Shown: piece by piece, positions 8,202 through 16,849 of the stretch
Numbering within the stretch: the stretch's first letter is position 1
Layout: every line of letters starts with the position of its first letter
Origin: Deltaproteobacteria bacterium
Lineage (GTDB): Bacteria > Myxococcota_A > UBA9160 > JAJDAL01
Length of the DNA stretch: 64,000 nt
Reading direction: 5' to 3'
NCBI GenBank assembly: GCA_029261875.1
Contig: JAJDAL010000006.1
Coordinates: 120,765-184,764, forward strand
The notes under the pieces: generated by a model
What the model was told of the DNA's origin: nothing
Databases searched by the model: none
The model's input: only the letters and a program-made list of their open reading frames with translations
Made by a program: the position numbers and the translations under genes

Positions 8202-10643
8202 GTGGTAGAGCCGAACTTTCGTGATCTGGGGCCTCTGCGGGGCTTTCGCCCGGCCCAAAACGGCGCCGTCGCCCTCGAATTGGCGGGGGGGCGCGCGGAA
8301 CTCAGCGTGGCGCCCGATGGCGCCCTGCGGATTCGCTGCAATCCCGGGAACACCCTGAGCACAGATCCCCTGCCGGGGATCGGACGCGCGCCCTGGCCCT
8401 GCGCGAAGATGCGATCGCGCGAACGCGATGGCGGCGTCAGCCTGATCTTCGCGTGCCAGGACGCCACGCCCCAAGTCGACATCGACGCAGACCCGTTCCG
8501 GGTCCGGCTGCTCGGGCGGCGCGGCGCAACCCGGGCAGAGCTGTTCGATTTCGCGAGCGCTTCGGGCAGCGGCATGCGGGTCGCCGTCGCGACCACGGCG
8601 TCGGAGCGCTTCTATGGCTTCGGGGAAAAGCACGGCGGACTCAACAAACGCGGCAGCGTCCTCGAGATGCGCAATACCGATCCGGAGCTTCGCCGGCGGC
8701 GCGATCCCCTCTACGTTTCGATTCCGTTCTTCCTTGCCCAGGACGGATTTCACGCAGACGCGCAGGCGCGGGGCGTGCTGCTCGAAAGTGCGGCCCCTTC
8801 GCGATTCGACGTCGCCGCCTCCAAGGACGATCGCGTCGTGCTGGAAACGCGCGCGGAACACCTCGATCTCGCGATCTTTCCGGGACCGCACCCCGCCGAT
8901 GTGCTGCGGCGCTTTACCGCGCGTGTGGGACGCAATCCACTGCCTCCACTGTGGGCCCTCGGACACCATCAATCGCGTTGGTCCTACGCGAGCGAAGACG
9001 AGGTGCGCAAAGTCGCCCGAGAAATTCGTCGCCGCGGTATCCCCACGGACGTCATCCATCTCGACATCGATTACATGCACGGCTTCCGGGTCTTCACCTG
9101 GGACCCGAAGCGTTTTCCCGACCCCAAGGGCTTGTTGCGCGACCTGGCGCTCGATGGCTTCCGCGTCGTGACCATCGTCGACCCGGGCGTGAAGTTCGAT
9201 GCGGATTACGGGGTCTACAACGAAGGCCGGGCCTTCGGTCATTTCTGTACCCGCGACGACGAGCGCCTCTACACCCTGCGCGTTTGGCCCCGCGAGGCCG
9301 CCCTACCGGACTTCAATTGCGAAGAAGTGCGCAGCTGGTGGGGCGAGCAACACCGCAAGCTCCTCGACGCAGGCGTCAGCGGAATCTGGAACGACATGAA
9401 CGAACCCGCGGGCTGGAGCCGGGACGTTCGCCTGGGAAGAGTCATTTTCCCGTACCGCGGCCAGAACACGCAAGCGATGCAACAAGCTTCGCTCGAGGAT
9501 CCGAGCCGGAAGGTGCGCCACGAAATGGTGCGCAACGTCTACGGCTATCAGGAATGTCGCGCCACGCGCGAATTTCTCGAAGAGGCGTATCCCGAGCGTC
9601 GCCATTTTCTACTCTCGCGTGCGGGCTTCACGGGCATCCAACGCTACGCGGCGCTTTGGACCGGAGACAACAAGAGCCGCTGGTCCGATCTGCGCGAATC
9701 GCTCCCCATGCTGCTCAATCTTTCGGTGTCGGGTGTTCCGTTTTGCGGAGCCGACATCGGCGGCTTCGCGTTCTCCGCGACTCCCGAGCTCTACGCGCGT
9801 TGGATCCAGATCGGTTCCCTCTATCCCTTCGCGCGAACCCATTCCATGTGGCTGGGGCGCCGCCAGGAACCCTGGCGCTTCGGAAAACGCGTGGAAGACA
9901 TCGCACGCACATCGCTCGAACGGCGCATGCACCTGCTCCCGTACTTTTATCGGGTGTTTCGCGAGGCGGAGTTCACCGGTGCTCCCGTTTGGCGTCCACT
10001 CGCCTACGAGTTTCCCGAAGACCCCGAGTGCGCGGAGATCCAAGACCAGGTGTTGCTCGGACCGAATCTGCTGCTGGCACCGGTGCTCGAGAAAGGCGCT
10101 CGCAAACGCACGGTGTACCTGCCGCCGGGCGTGTGGTTCGATTGGGAGAGCGACGCCCGCTACGCCGGTCCGCGCCATCTGGTGGTCGAAGCGCCGCTGG
10201 AGAAACTTCCCATCTTCGTGCGCGGAGGCAGCATCCTTCCCACCCAGAGCCCCGTGCGTCACGCGAAGGAAGTTCCGAAGGAAAGCCTGCGCGTGGAAGT
10301 TTTCCCGGGCCTCGACGCCGCCACCGAACTGGTGGAAGACGACGGTGAAACCACCGCCTACCGCCATGGCGTCGTCGCCACCACGGAGCTGCGGATGCGA
10401 GCCCGCGCCGGCGGGCGCCTGCGCGTCGAAATCGGTGCGCGCAAGGGAACCCACCGCGTCCCGGAGCGCGTGGTTCCCGTCATCATTCGTGGCGCCGTCT
10501 GGCCCGAAACCGTCATGCTCGATGCGAGCCCCATTGCGTGCGGCGAGGGCCCCTCCACCTGGAGCTACCGAAACGGTCGACTCTGCGTGCGCTACCTCGA
10601 CGATGGCGGCGCCCACTCGATCGAGATCGAGCCGGCCCCGTGA
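8202..10643 (+). CDS. Glycoside hydrolase family 31 alpha-glucosidase
   Basis: 813 aa, GTG start. GH31 motifs GIWNDMNEP (nucleophile Asp), ALWTGDN and GADIGGF. Confidence 0.9.
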   Translation: MVEPNFRDLGPLRGFRPAQNGAVALELAGGRAELSVAPDGALRIRCNPGNTLSTDPLPGIGRAPWPCAKMRSRERDGGVSLIFACQDATPQVDIDADPFRVRLLGRRGATRAELFDFASASGSGMRVAVATTASERFYGFGEKHGGLNKRGSVLEMRNTDPELRRRRDPLYVSIPFFLAQDGFHADAQARGVLLESAAPSRFDVAASKDDRVVLETRAEHLDLAIFPGPHPADVLRRFTARVGRNPLPPLWALGHHQSRWSYASEDEVRKVAREIRRRGIPTDVIHLDIDYMHGFRVFTWDPKRFPDPKGLLRDLALDGFRVVTIVDPGVKFDADYGVYNEGRAFGHFCTRDDERLYTLRVWPREAALPDFNCEEVRSWWGEQHRKLLDAGVSGIWNDMNEPAGWSRDVRLGRVIFPYRGQNTQAMQQASLEDPSRKVRHEMVRNVYGYQECRATREFLEEAYPERRHFLLSRAGFTGIQRYAALWTGDNKSRWSDLRESLPMLLNLSVSGVPFCGADIGGFAFSATPELYARWIQIGSLYPFARTHSMWLGRRQEPWRFGKRVEDIARTSLERRMHLLPYFYRVFREAEFTGAPVWRPLAYEFPEDPECAEIQDQVLLGPNLLLAPVLEKGARKRTVYLPPGVWFDWESDARYAGPRHLVVEAPLEKLPIFVRGGSILPTQSPVRHAKEVPKESLRVEVFPGLDAATELVEDDGETTAYRHGVVATTELRMRARAGGRLRVEIGARKGTHRVPERVVPVIIRGAVWPETVMLDASPIACGEGPSTWSYRNGRLCVRYLDDGGAHSIEIEPAP

Positions 10644-10837
10644 CCCAAGCGGGATCCAGCGGGCAATCCGTCGGCTTGTGCGAACGCTGCGCCCACGCCC
10701 GGGTGCAGCGCAGTGCAAAGGGCAACGATTTCTGGCGATGTAGCCGGGCTGACGACGACGACGCGTTCCACCGCTATCCCCCACTACCCGTGGTTTCCTG
10801 CGCAGGCTTCGAAGCGGGCGAATCGAAAACCCCTTGA
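10640..10837 (+). CDS. Small Cys-rich conserved hypothetical protein
   Basis: Start placed at GTG 10640, overlapping the GH31 stop (GTGA). 65 aa with the Cys pattern LCERCAHARVQRSAKGNDFWRCSRA...FHRYPPLPVVSCAGFE. Function unknown. Confidence 0.5.
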   Translation: MTQAGSSGQSVGLCERCAHARVQRSAKGNDFWRCSRADDDDAFHRYPPLPVVSCAGFEAGESKTP

Positions 10838-10891
10838 TGCCGCGCCCGCGCCTGGGGACAACCCCCCGCGGGTCGCCTACATTGAACGACC

Positions 10892-11434
10892 ATGCGGAAC
10901 TGGTTCATCCTCTCGGTGGTTGGCCGCGATCGCCCGGGCATCGTCGCCCACCTCGCCCAACTCATTTTCGACAGCGACGCGAATCTCGAAGATTCCAGAA
11001 TGACGATTCTCGGAACCGAATTCGCCGTCATCCTGCTCTGTTCGGCCGCGGACGCCGAGAGCGGAAAGCGGATTTCCGAAGGCGCCAAGCGGCTCGGCGC
11101 CCAGCAGGAACTCACCATCGTGTTTCGTCCCCTGAAAGAAGGGCCCCGCATGCCGCCGACACCGCCGGACGCGCGCGTGTTCGAGATCGAAGCCGCGGGT
11201 GAAGACAAAGCGGGCATCGTTGCGAGCATCTGTGGCCGCTTGGCGGAACGCGAAATCAACATCCGCGAGTTGTCATCGCGAAGTCGGCCCGGTCCCAGTG
11301 GCTCGCCCCATTACGAACTTCGGGTGACGACCGAGATCCCTCCCTCCGTCGACATCGACGCCCTTCGCGCCGCACTCGAGAGCGAGGCCGATCGCCTGGT
11401 GATCGACATCTCGCTCCACGCCCTCGACAACTGA
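10892..11434 (+). CDS. Tandem ACT-domain protein (GcvR-like)
   Basis: 180 aa with two ACT-type segments: FILSVVGRDRPGIVAHLAQLIF and FEIEAAGEDKAGIVASICGRLAE. Confidence 0.75.
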   Translation: MRNWFILSVVGRDRPGIVAHLAQLIFDSDANLEDSRMTILGTEFAVILLCSAADAESGKRISEGAKRLGAQQELTIVFRPLKEGPRMPPTPPDARVFEIEAAGEDKAGIVASICGRLAEREINIRELSSRSRPGPSGSPHYELRVTTEIPPSVDIDALRAALESEADRLVIDISLHALDN

Positions 11435-11436
11435 GC

Positions 11437-12354
11437 GTGCCGGCGCCGCGCAAACCCGACTTTCTGATCATCGGCGCTCAGAAGGCCGGGACCACCTGGC
11501 TGTGGAACGTTCTCGACCAGCACCCGGAGACCGATCTACCCGAGCAGAAAGAACTGTTCTTCTTCAGCGACGCCAGCGAACACCAGCGCGGCAGCGATTG
11601 GTATTTCGAGCACTTCGCCCATGCAGCGCCCACGAAGCGAACCGGCGAAGCGAGCACGGATTATTTCTTCGACCGGGTCCTGATCGACGAAGAACGCGTG
11701 GACAGCGGATTGCCGACGATTCCGGAATTGGTCAATCGACACCTCCCCGACGTGCGCGTCCTCTTGATACTGCGCGATCCCGTACAGCGCGCGATCTCCG
11801 CCTACTACCACCACATGCGCCGCCGCCACTACGGCCCCACCACCACCCTGCGCGAGGCCGCAAGACGCTATCCGCGCTTGCGAATCGTCGATCGCGGAAG
11901 GTATGCCGCACACCTGGAACTCTGGCAGCGCATGATTCCGCGCGACCGCTTTCGCTGCTACGTCTACGAAGAAGACGTGGTGCTGCGCGAACGCGAAACC
12001 CTGAGAGACGTCTACGAATTCCTGGGCATGGACCCGGATTTCCTGCCCCAGAAAAGTGCCGCCAAGAACGAACGCTGGGGCGAGCGCCAGGTCTGGCTCA
12101 ATTATTACGGCGGGCGCTGGTTCGGCGGCACCCTGCGCCGCATCATGGCGAGCCCCGCGCGGCGCATCGTGCAGTCGATCGACCGCCGGCGCCCCCCGGC
12201 GTTGCCGGAACCCGACGTAGCCTTCCTGCGCGACCACTATCTGGCGGAAAAGCCGCGAATCGAAACGCTCCTGGGACGCAGCCTGAATTGTTGGACCTAT
12301 GGTTCCGCGGCGACGGCGAACGCGACGGACGCCTCAGTCCTTCCAGCCCACTAG
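11437..12354 (+). CDS. Sulfotransferase family protein
   Basis: 305 aa; the GTG start lies 2 nt after the upstream stop. PAPS-binding motifs IIGAQKAGTTWL (5'-PSB) and LILRDPVQRAISAYYH (3'-PB). Confidence 0.85.
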   Translation: MPAPRKPDFLIIGAQKAGTTWLWNVLDQHPETDLPEQKELFFFSDASEHQRGSDWYFEHFAHAAPTKRTGEASTDYFFDRVLIDEERVDSGLPTIPELVNRHLPDVRVLLILRDPVQRAISAYYHHMRRRHYGPTTTLREAARRYPRLRIVDRGRYAAHLELWQRMIPRDRFRCYVYEEDVVLRERETLRDVYEFLGMDPDFLPQKSAAKNERWGERQVWLNYYGGRWFGGTLRRIMASPARRIVQSIDRRRPPALPEPDVAFLRDHYLAEKPRIETLLGRSLNCWTYGSAATANATDASVLPAH

Positions 12355-12978
12355 GTGCCAGCGATCCTCGATCGGCTCTCCCGCCAAGCGCAGGAAGTGT
12401 TCGAGGAAGCGATAGGTCAAGCCCCAAACCACGTGGCGATCCGGGTCTCCCACGAGGATTCCCGGAAAGCGCATGCTTTCACTCGACGGTGGGTATTGGT
12501 ATTCGATGTGGCGCCCGGTGTCGGTGAAGAACCGCAAAGGGACCCAGAACGCATCCTCGACTTCGTGATTGGTGTCGAGAACGAGGGGAGCGGCGGCGAG
12601 GTAGACGAAGGCGGAAACCACGATCCGGGGCGGGAGGCGGCCGTGATTGCCTTCGAGATCGTCGAGGCGCCCGAGTTCTTCCGCCTGCATCAGATCGACA
12701 CCGACTTCTTCCCGGGTTTCGCGCAGGGCAGCCGCCTTCGCGTCCGCGTCCTGGGGGTCGACGCGACCGCCCGGGAACGCCATGTGGCCGGACCAGGGAT
12801 CTCCGTCCATGCGCGCACGCTCGATCAACAACACTTCGAGTTCCGCGCGTTCGCGCAGGATCAGCGCCACCGCGGCCTGGCGTTGATCGACTCTTTGGAT
12901 CTCCAGCGGGTCGTGGGAAGCAAGCCGGCGACGTATGGTCTCGAGATCGGGCACGGTTCTAGAATAGCGAGCTGGCAC
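12334..12978 (-). CDS. NUDIX hydrolase (CoA pyrophosphatase-like)
   Basis: 214 aa. Nudix box GGRVDPQDADAKAAALRETREEVGV. 21-nt convergent overlap with the sulfotransferase gene. Confidence 0.85.
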   Translation of the reverse strand: MPARYSRTVPDLETIRRRLASHDPLEIQRVDQRQAAVALILRERAELEVLLIERARMDGDPWSGHMAFPGGRVDPQDADAKAAALRETREEVGVDLMQAEELGRLDDLEGNHGRLPPRIVVSAFVYLAAAPLVLDTNHEVEDAFWVPLRFFTDTGRHIEYQYPPSSESMRFPGILVGDPDRHVVWGLTYRFLEHFLRLAGEPIEDRWHLVGWKD

Positions 12979-12984
12979 GGCGAA

Positions 12985-14148
12985 TCAGTCCGGCGAGGGC
13001 GTTCCGTCCAGGGGGAAGGGGTCTTCGAAGCTCGGCAGGGTGACGGTCTTCGTCCTCCCCCCCACCTCGCGCGCGACTTCCAGGTTTTCGGCGGCGATCA
13101 CGGAACGCAGCGCCCCATTGGCGTCCGCGCTGCGGGACGCCGGAATGCGATCGCCCGGGAAGAGACCCAGCGCCGCAGCCGGACTGTCCCGCCAAACGCC
13201 GATCACACGGACCGAATCGCCAAAGCGCCCCACCAGCGCGCCCGCCTGCTTCGATAGCGCGTAATCCGCACCCAGGAACGTCTTCACCGCATGCTTGCGG
13301 GGCTTCAGCCAAAGCCGGCGGTTCGCGTAGTCGATGCGAACCAGAAAACGCGACAAGAAATCGTATCCCAGGATCGACTCGTCGACGCTGCCGCTATTGA
13401 AATTTCCCTTGGGTGTGAACCACGCGGGTTCGCGGGTGAACTCGAGGCTTCCGATCCGGATCGAAGGCACTTCGACGATCCGTGCATCGTTACCGACGGC
13501 GGACATTTTCGATTGGACGGTCGCAAGCGATTGTTCCTCCACATCGATGCCTCCGATCGCCCTTCCGGAAAAGCGCATGGGGTAGGGCATCCCCGTGTCG
13601 ACCCGCACGCGAACGACCCGCTGCCCCAGGCGGATGTCGATCAACGGTCGATTGTCCGGACGAAACATCCCAACCACCAAGGCGTCGCCGTCTTCTTCGG
13701 GAACGGAGAATTTTTCGGGATCGAGGAAACGAACCCGGCGTTTCTCGAAGTCCAACTCCACTACGTAGTGGCTCAGGAAATTGCCGCCGAGTAGAGCGTA
13801 TTCGGATCCGGTCTCCGAATCCGCGTCGCTGCTTGGCGTGTCGACATGAAGCTGAAGCGATCGACCGAGGGAGGTCGAGCGCAGGTAGGGATCTTGTTTT
13901 ACGCGCAATTTCTTGGCGAGTTGCGGCGCCATCCCCGAGAACGAAGCCCCGGTGTCGAGCATCATCGGGAATGGACGACTCCCTTCGGGAGCGAGATCCA
14001 CCAGGATCCGGTTCGGCTCCGGAGCGTCGAGAAACGGCAGCGTGGCCACCACCGCGGAGTCATCGGGCTCTACGCCAGAGGCCGCGTCCGGAAGGAAACC
14101 CAGCGTCAGCGCGAGCACCCCCAACCAAGGCAATATTCGAAACCGCAT
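12985..14148 (-). CDS. Secreted retropepsin-like aspartic protease with two DTG motifs and a C-terminal PDZ-like domain
   Basis: ORF 12985..14223 trimmed to MRFRILPWLGVLALTLG (signal peptide, ATG 14148). Motifs MMLDTGAS and VRVDTGMP. PDZ-like segment VRVIGVWRDSPAAALGLFPGDRI. Confidence 0.8.
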   Translation of the reverse strand: MRFRILPWLGVLALTLGFLPDAASGVEPDDSAVVATLPFLDAPEPNRILVDLAPEGSRPFPMMLDTGASFSGMAPQLAKKLRVKQDPYLRSTSLGRSLQLHVDTPSSDADSETGSEYALLGGNFLSHYVVELDFEKRRVRFLDPEKFSVPEEDGDALVVGMFRPDNRPLIDIRLGQRVVRVRVDTGMPYPMRFSGRAIGGIDVEEQSLATVQSKMSAVGNDARIVEVPSIRIGSLEFTREPAWFTPKGNFNSGSVDESILGYDFLSRFLVRIDYANRRLWLKPRKHAVKTFLGADYALSKQAGALVGRFGDSVRVIGVWRDSPAAALGLFPGDRIPASRSADANGALRSVIAAENLEVAREVGGRTKTVTLPSFEDPFPLDGTPSPD

Positions 14149-14226
14149 CGACTCCCCCTTGCGTGGCGACCTCGGGGTCGGATGGCGATCCTGCACGCGG
14201 ATTGCATCGCCGCTAGCCTTCACGCC

Positions 14227-15426
14227 ATGAGGCTTCGTTCGATCGTCCCCCCCCAGGCCCTGCAGATCCTACATCTGGCGCGCGAGGACCGCAGCGCCGC
14301 CAGCCGCGCCATGGGCGAGCTGACCCTCGAGCAACAGATCGCGCTGGTGTGCGAAACCCCGGTCGCACGCCGCGCGGAAGTACTGGCTCTGGCACCGGCA
14401 CCGGAAGTCATCATTCCGAGGCTTCCCGAGGTCGACCTGTGCACGACCGCGAAGTCCGTGGGACTCCATCAGGCGGGTTGGATCCTCGAACACGCAACGC
14501 GCGAACAGATCGTGGCGTGCGTGGATCTCGATGCCTGGCGCGGCCCGATCCCCGACGTCGACAGCCTCGAAAACTGGCTGGACGCGTTCATGGAAGCCAG
14601 CCACGAAGCCAGCGTCCGCGCCATGCAGGCCGTGGACCCGGAAATGCTCTTGATCTACATGCGGGAACGACTCGATGTGTTCCTGCGCTCCAACGATCCG
14701 GGCTGGGAACCGCCCATCGGCGCGCAAACCGTCGAGGGCGAATACTACCTCCGCGCCCGCCGCCAAGGCGATGATCTGGGATCCCTCATCCCCACGCTGC
14801 GCTTGTTGTTCGAAGGCGATCAGCCCTTCTACCAACGGATCATGCAAGCGTGCATCTGGGAACTTCGAAGCGAAGAAGAAGAGTGGGCGTTGCGCTGGCG
14901 CCGCGGGCGCCTCCAAGACCTGGGGTTCCCGGACTGGGAGGACGCCATGGCGATCTATACTCCGATGGATCCCCACGAAGCGAATCAGATCCGCGTCGAG
15001 GAACGCCCCTTGGCGCCCGGCAAGTGGCGACTACCGGTTTGGCTGCCGGATCTTCCGACCCGGGAAGAGGCGGGACACCCGATCTTCGAAGCCGCATCGC
15101 AGTTGGATCCCGACGAGCGCCGCGATCTCTTCTACGCCTTCGTGGGTCTCGCCAACAAAGTCATCGTCGCCGACGGTTTGCCTCTGGGCGATTCGGAATC
15201 CATGGACCAGGCCATCGACAAGGGAGCATCGGTCGCGAGCCTGGCCCTCAACACCTTGGCGGAACGTCACGACATCGAACCCGTCGAAGTATTGCGCCGC
15301 GTCAGCGTGGATCGCCTGTTTCGCGTGGGAGTCAATCTCGACCCTTCGGTTCGACCGGAACCGCGGGCGGTCTACAGCGACGACGCGAGCTATGGCGGGA
15401 GCGACGACGAAGCGGGCGAGCACTAG
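14227..15426 (+). CDS. Conserved hypothetical protein (acidic C-terminus)
   Basis: ORF 13846..15426 trimmed to ATG 14227; the upstream part is antisense to the protease gene. 399 aa, ending DDASYGGSDDEAGEH. I recognised no catalytic motif. Confidence 0.7.
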   Translation: MRLRSIVPPQALQILHLAREDRSAASRAMGELTLEQQIALVCETPVARRAEVLALAPAPEVIIPRLPEVDLCTTAKSVGLHQAGWILEHATREQIVACVDLDAWRGPIPDVDSLENWLDAFMEASHEASVRAMQAVDPEMLLIYMRERLDVFLRSNDPGWEPPIGAQTVEGEYYLRARRQGDDLGSLIPTLRLLFEGDQPFYQRIMQACIWELRSEEEEWALRWRRGRLQDLGFPDWEDAMAIYTPMDPHEANQIRVEERPLAPGKWRLPVWLPDLPTREEAGHPIFEAASQLDPDERRDLFYAFVGLANKVIVADGLPLGDSESMDQAIDKGASVASLALNTLAERHDIEPVEVLRRVSVDRLFRVGVNLDPSVRPEPRAVYSDDASYGGSDDEAGEH

Positions 15427-15459
15427 TTCCCGCACGCTGCGGGCGAGCCCATGGACAAA

Positions 15460-15488
15460 GGGCCCGCCGGCAGCGTGCCAGCGGGCCC
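15460..15488. terminator. GC-rich hairpin between convergent genes (possible bidirectional terminator)
   Basis: GGGCCCGCCGGC-agcgt-GCCAGCGGGCCC forms 11 bp plus 1 mismatch. Followed on the plus strand by CTATTTCTCAAT. Confidence 0.45.
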
Positions 15489-15511
15489 CTATTTCTCAAT
15501 CGGTCTCGACG

Positions 15512-15739
15512 CTAAAGGTCTACGCCCTTCAGGGTCTTGCGCTTGTTACCGATCGCTCGCTGCTCGGCGCCAGCGATGAGCTTGCGCACGACCTCGTCGA
15601 GGGCTCCGTAGAACTCCCCGCCGACGTTGCACTTGCGCACAGCCGCCTTGGTCCGAGACTTCGAAATGATCAGATCGCCCGTCGCCTTCTTGCTGCGTCG
15701 TGCGGCCTTCTTCTTCGCCTTCTTCTTTCTTGCTGCCAT
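15512..15739 (-). CDS. Bacterial histone-fold protein (HBb/DUF1931-like) with Lys/Arg-rich N-terminal tail
   Basis: ORF 15512..15829 trimmed to ATG 15739, preceded by GGGGAGAGAGAA (RBS). 75 aa: MAARKKKAKKKAARRSKKATG-DLIISKSRTKAAVRKCNVGGEFYGALDEVVRKLIAGAEQRAIGNKRKTLKGVDL. The core aligns by eye with Bdellovibrio histone Bd0055 (sequence recalled from memory), including the ...GRKT-x-x-x-x-D-hydrophobic end. Confidence 0.75.
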   Translation of the reverse strand: MAARKKKAKKKAARRSKKATGDLIISKSRTKAAVRKCNVGGEFYGALDEVVRKLIAGAEQRAIGNKRKTLKGVDL

Positions 15740-15768
15740 TTCTCTCTCCCCTACGCCGCGTGGCGTAA

Positions 15769-15786
15769 ATTCCGTTGCAACGGAAT
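15769..15786. promoter_or_regulatory. Perfect 18-nt palindrome in the leader of the histone-fold gene
   Basis: ATTCCGTTGCAACGGAAT is its own reverse complement and lies 30-47 nt upstream of the start codon. A second hairpin, GTTCGC-ctcat-GCGAAC, lies at 15795-15811. Confidence 0.4.
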
Positions 15787-15844
15787 CCCAGTGTGTTCGC
15801 CTCATGCGAACGCTGCATGTGATCACCACAGTGCAACGGCCGCG

Positions 15845-15872
15845 ATCATAAGCATTCCCCCGTCGGAGTCAA
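15845..15872 (-). promoter_or_regulatory. Putative sigma70-type promoter of the histone-fold gene
   Basis: The minus strand reads TTGACT (15872-15867), N16, TATGAT (15850-15845). Each hexamer matches consensus at 5 of 6 positions, about 100 nt upstream of the ATG. This is unusual in such GC-rich DNA. Confidence 0.45.
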
Positions 15873-15974
15873 TTGAAAAACTGCCTCTAGAAGGCGTGAG
15901 ACCCCCGGATTAGGCCATTTTTCGTGTCCCGATTCGCTTCGAACCGGTTCTCCGGCCCTTCACCCTTGTGAAAT

Positions 15975-16817
15975 TTGGGTCGGATTCCTAGGGTCCCTGC
16001 CCTCGTGACGCGAAGAACCGAGCACTTTTCGGATGCCCGATGCGGGGTCTCCCTATGTGCGACGCACTGGGGCGAAGAGAATTCGAGAACCCTGGTTCTA
16101 TTGCACGGGGCCGGTGCGAACGCGCACTGGTGGGACCACCTGGCGCCGCGCCTTGCGGAGGGTTTTCACGTCGTCGCCCTCGATTTCCGCGGTCACGGCG
16201 ATTCGGAATTTCCCGAAGAACTCATCGAGGGGGCCTTCGAGGACGATCTAGACGCACTGCTACGCCATCTCGGAGAGCCACAGCCCATCTTGGTCGGCCA
16301 TAGCATGGGAGCCGCGATCGCCCTGCGTCACGCGGCGGCGCATCCACCGATTCCCGCGCTAGTGGCAATCGACGTGGCTCGCGGAACGCCGGCGGCCACC
16401 CGCAAGGCCACCCAGCGTGTGCTCGCAATCCGACGCACCTACCAGACGCGAGAACAAGCGGTGGCGCGCTTCCGTTTCCTACCCGGAACGTCATCCGCCG
16501 AGGAAAGCCTACGGAAATCCATCGGCGAACATTCGGTTCGCGCGGAACCCGACGGGCGTTTTGGATTCAAATTCGATCCCCGTTGGTTCTCCGTACCGGC
16601 CCGGCCTCTCCCTCCTCTAGAGGATCTTTTGGCCCCGATTCTGCTGATTCGGGGCAGTGAGAGCCCCTTGCTGACACCCGAGGGCGCGGAGGCACTGACG
16701 GCGCGGATCCCGAAAGCGGAGCTTCGGGTCATCGAAGGGTCGGGACATCACGTGCACCTGGATCGGCCAAAAGAGGTTCTGAGAGCCGTTCAGGACTTCC
16801 TGGGAAGCGTCCTCTAG
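15975..16817 (+). CDS. Alpha/beta hydrolase
   Basis: 280 aa. LVLLHGAGANAHWW and the nucleophile elbow VGHSMGA. The start is uncertain (non-ATG in the track). Confidence 0.8.
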   Translation: MGRIPRVPALVTRRTEHFSDARCGVSLCATHWGEENSRTLVLLHGAGANAHWWDHLAPRLAEGFHVVALDFRGHGDSEFPEELIEGAFEDDLDALLRHLGEPQPILVGHSMGAAIALRHAAAHPPIPALVAIDVARGTPAATRKATQRVLAIRRTYQTREQAVARFRFLPGTSSAEESLRKSIGEHSVRAEPDGRFGFKFDPRWFSVPARPLPPLEDLLAPILLIRGSESPLLTPEGAEALTARIPKAELRVIEGSGHHVHLDRPKEVLRAVQDFLGSVL

Positions 16818-16849
16818 GAGTATGCTGGGGCCTCACCCGAGAGGACCCC

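Noticed and set aside
8178-9242. N-terminal 355 aa of the 650-aa ORF 7290..9242
   Set aside because: This part is antisense to the GH31 glucosidase. Recognisable DUF815 homology begins only at MGRLSDLL (8177).
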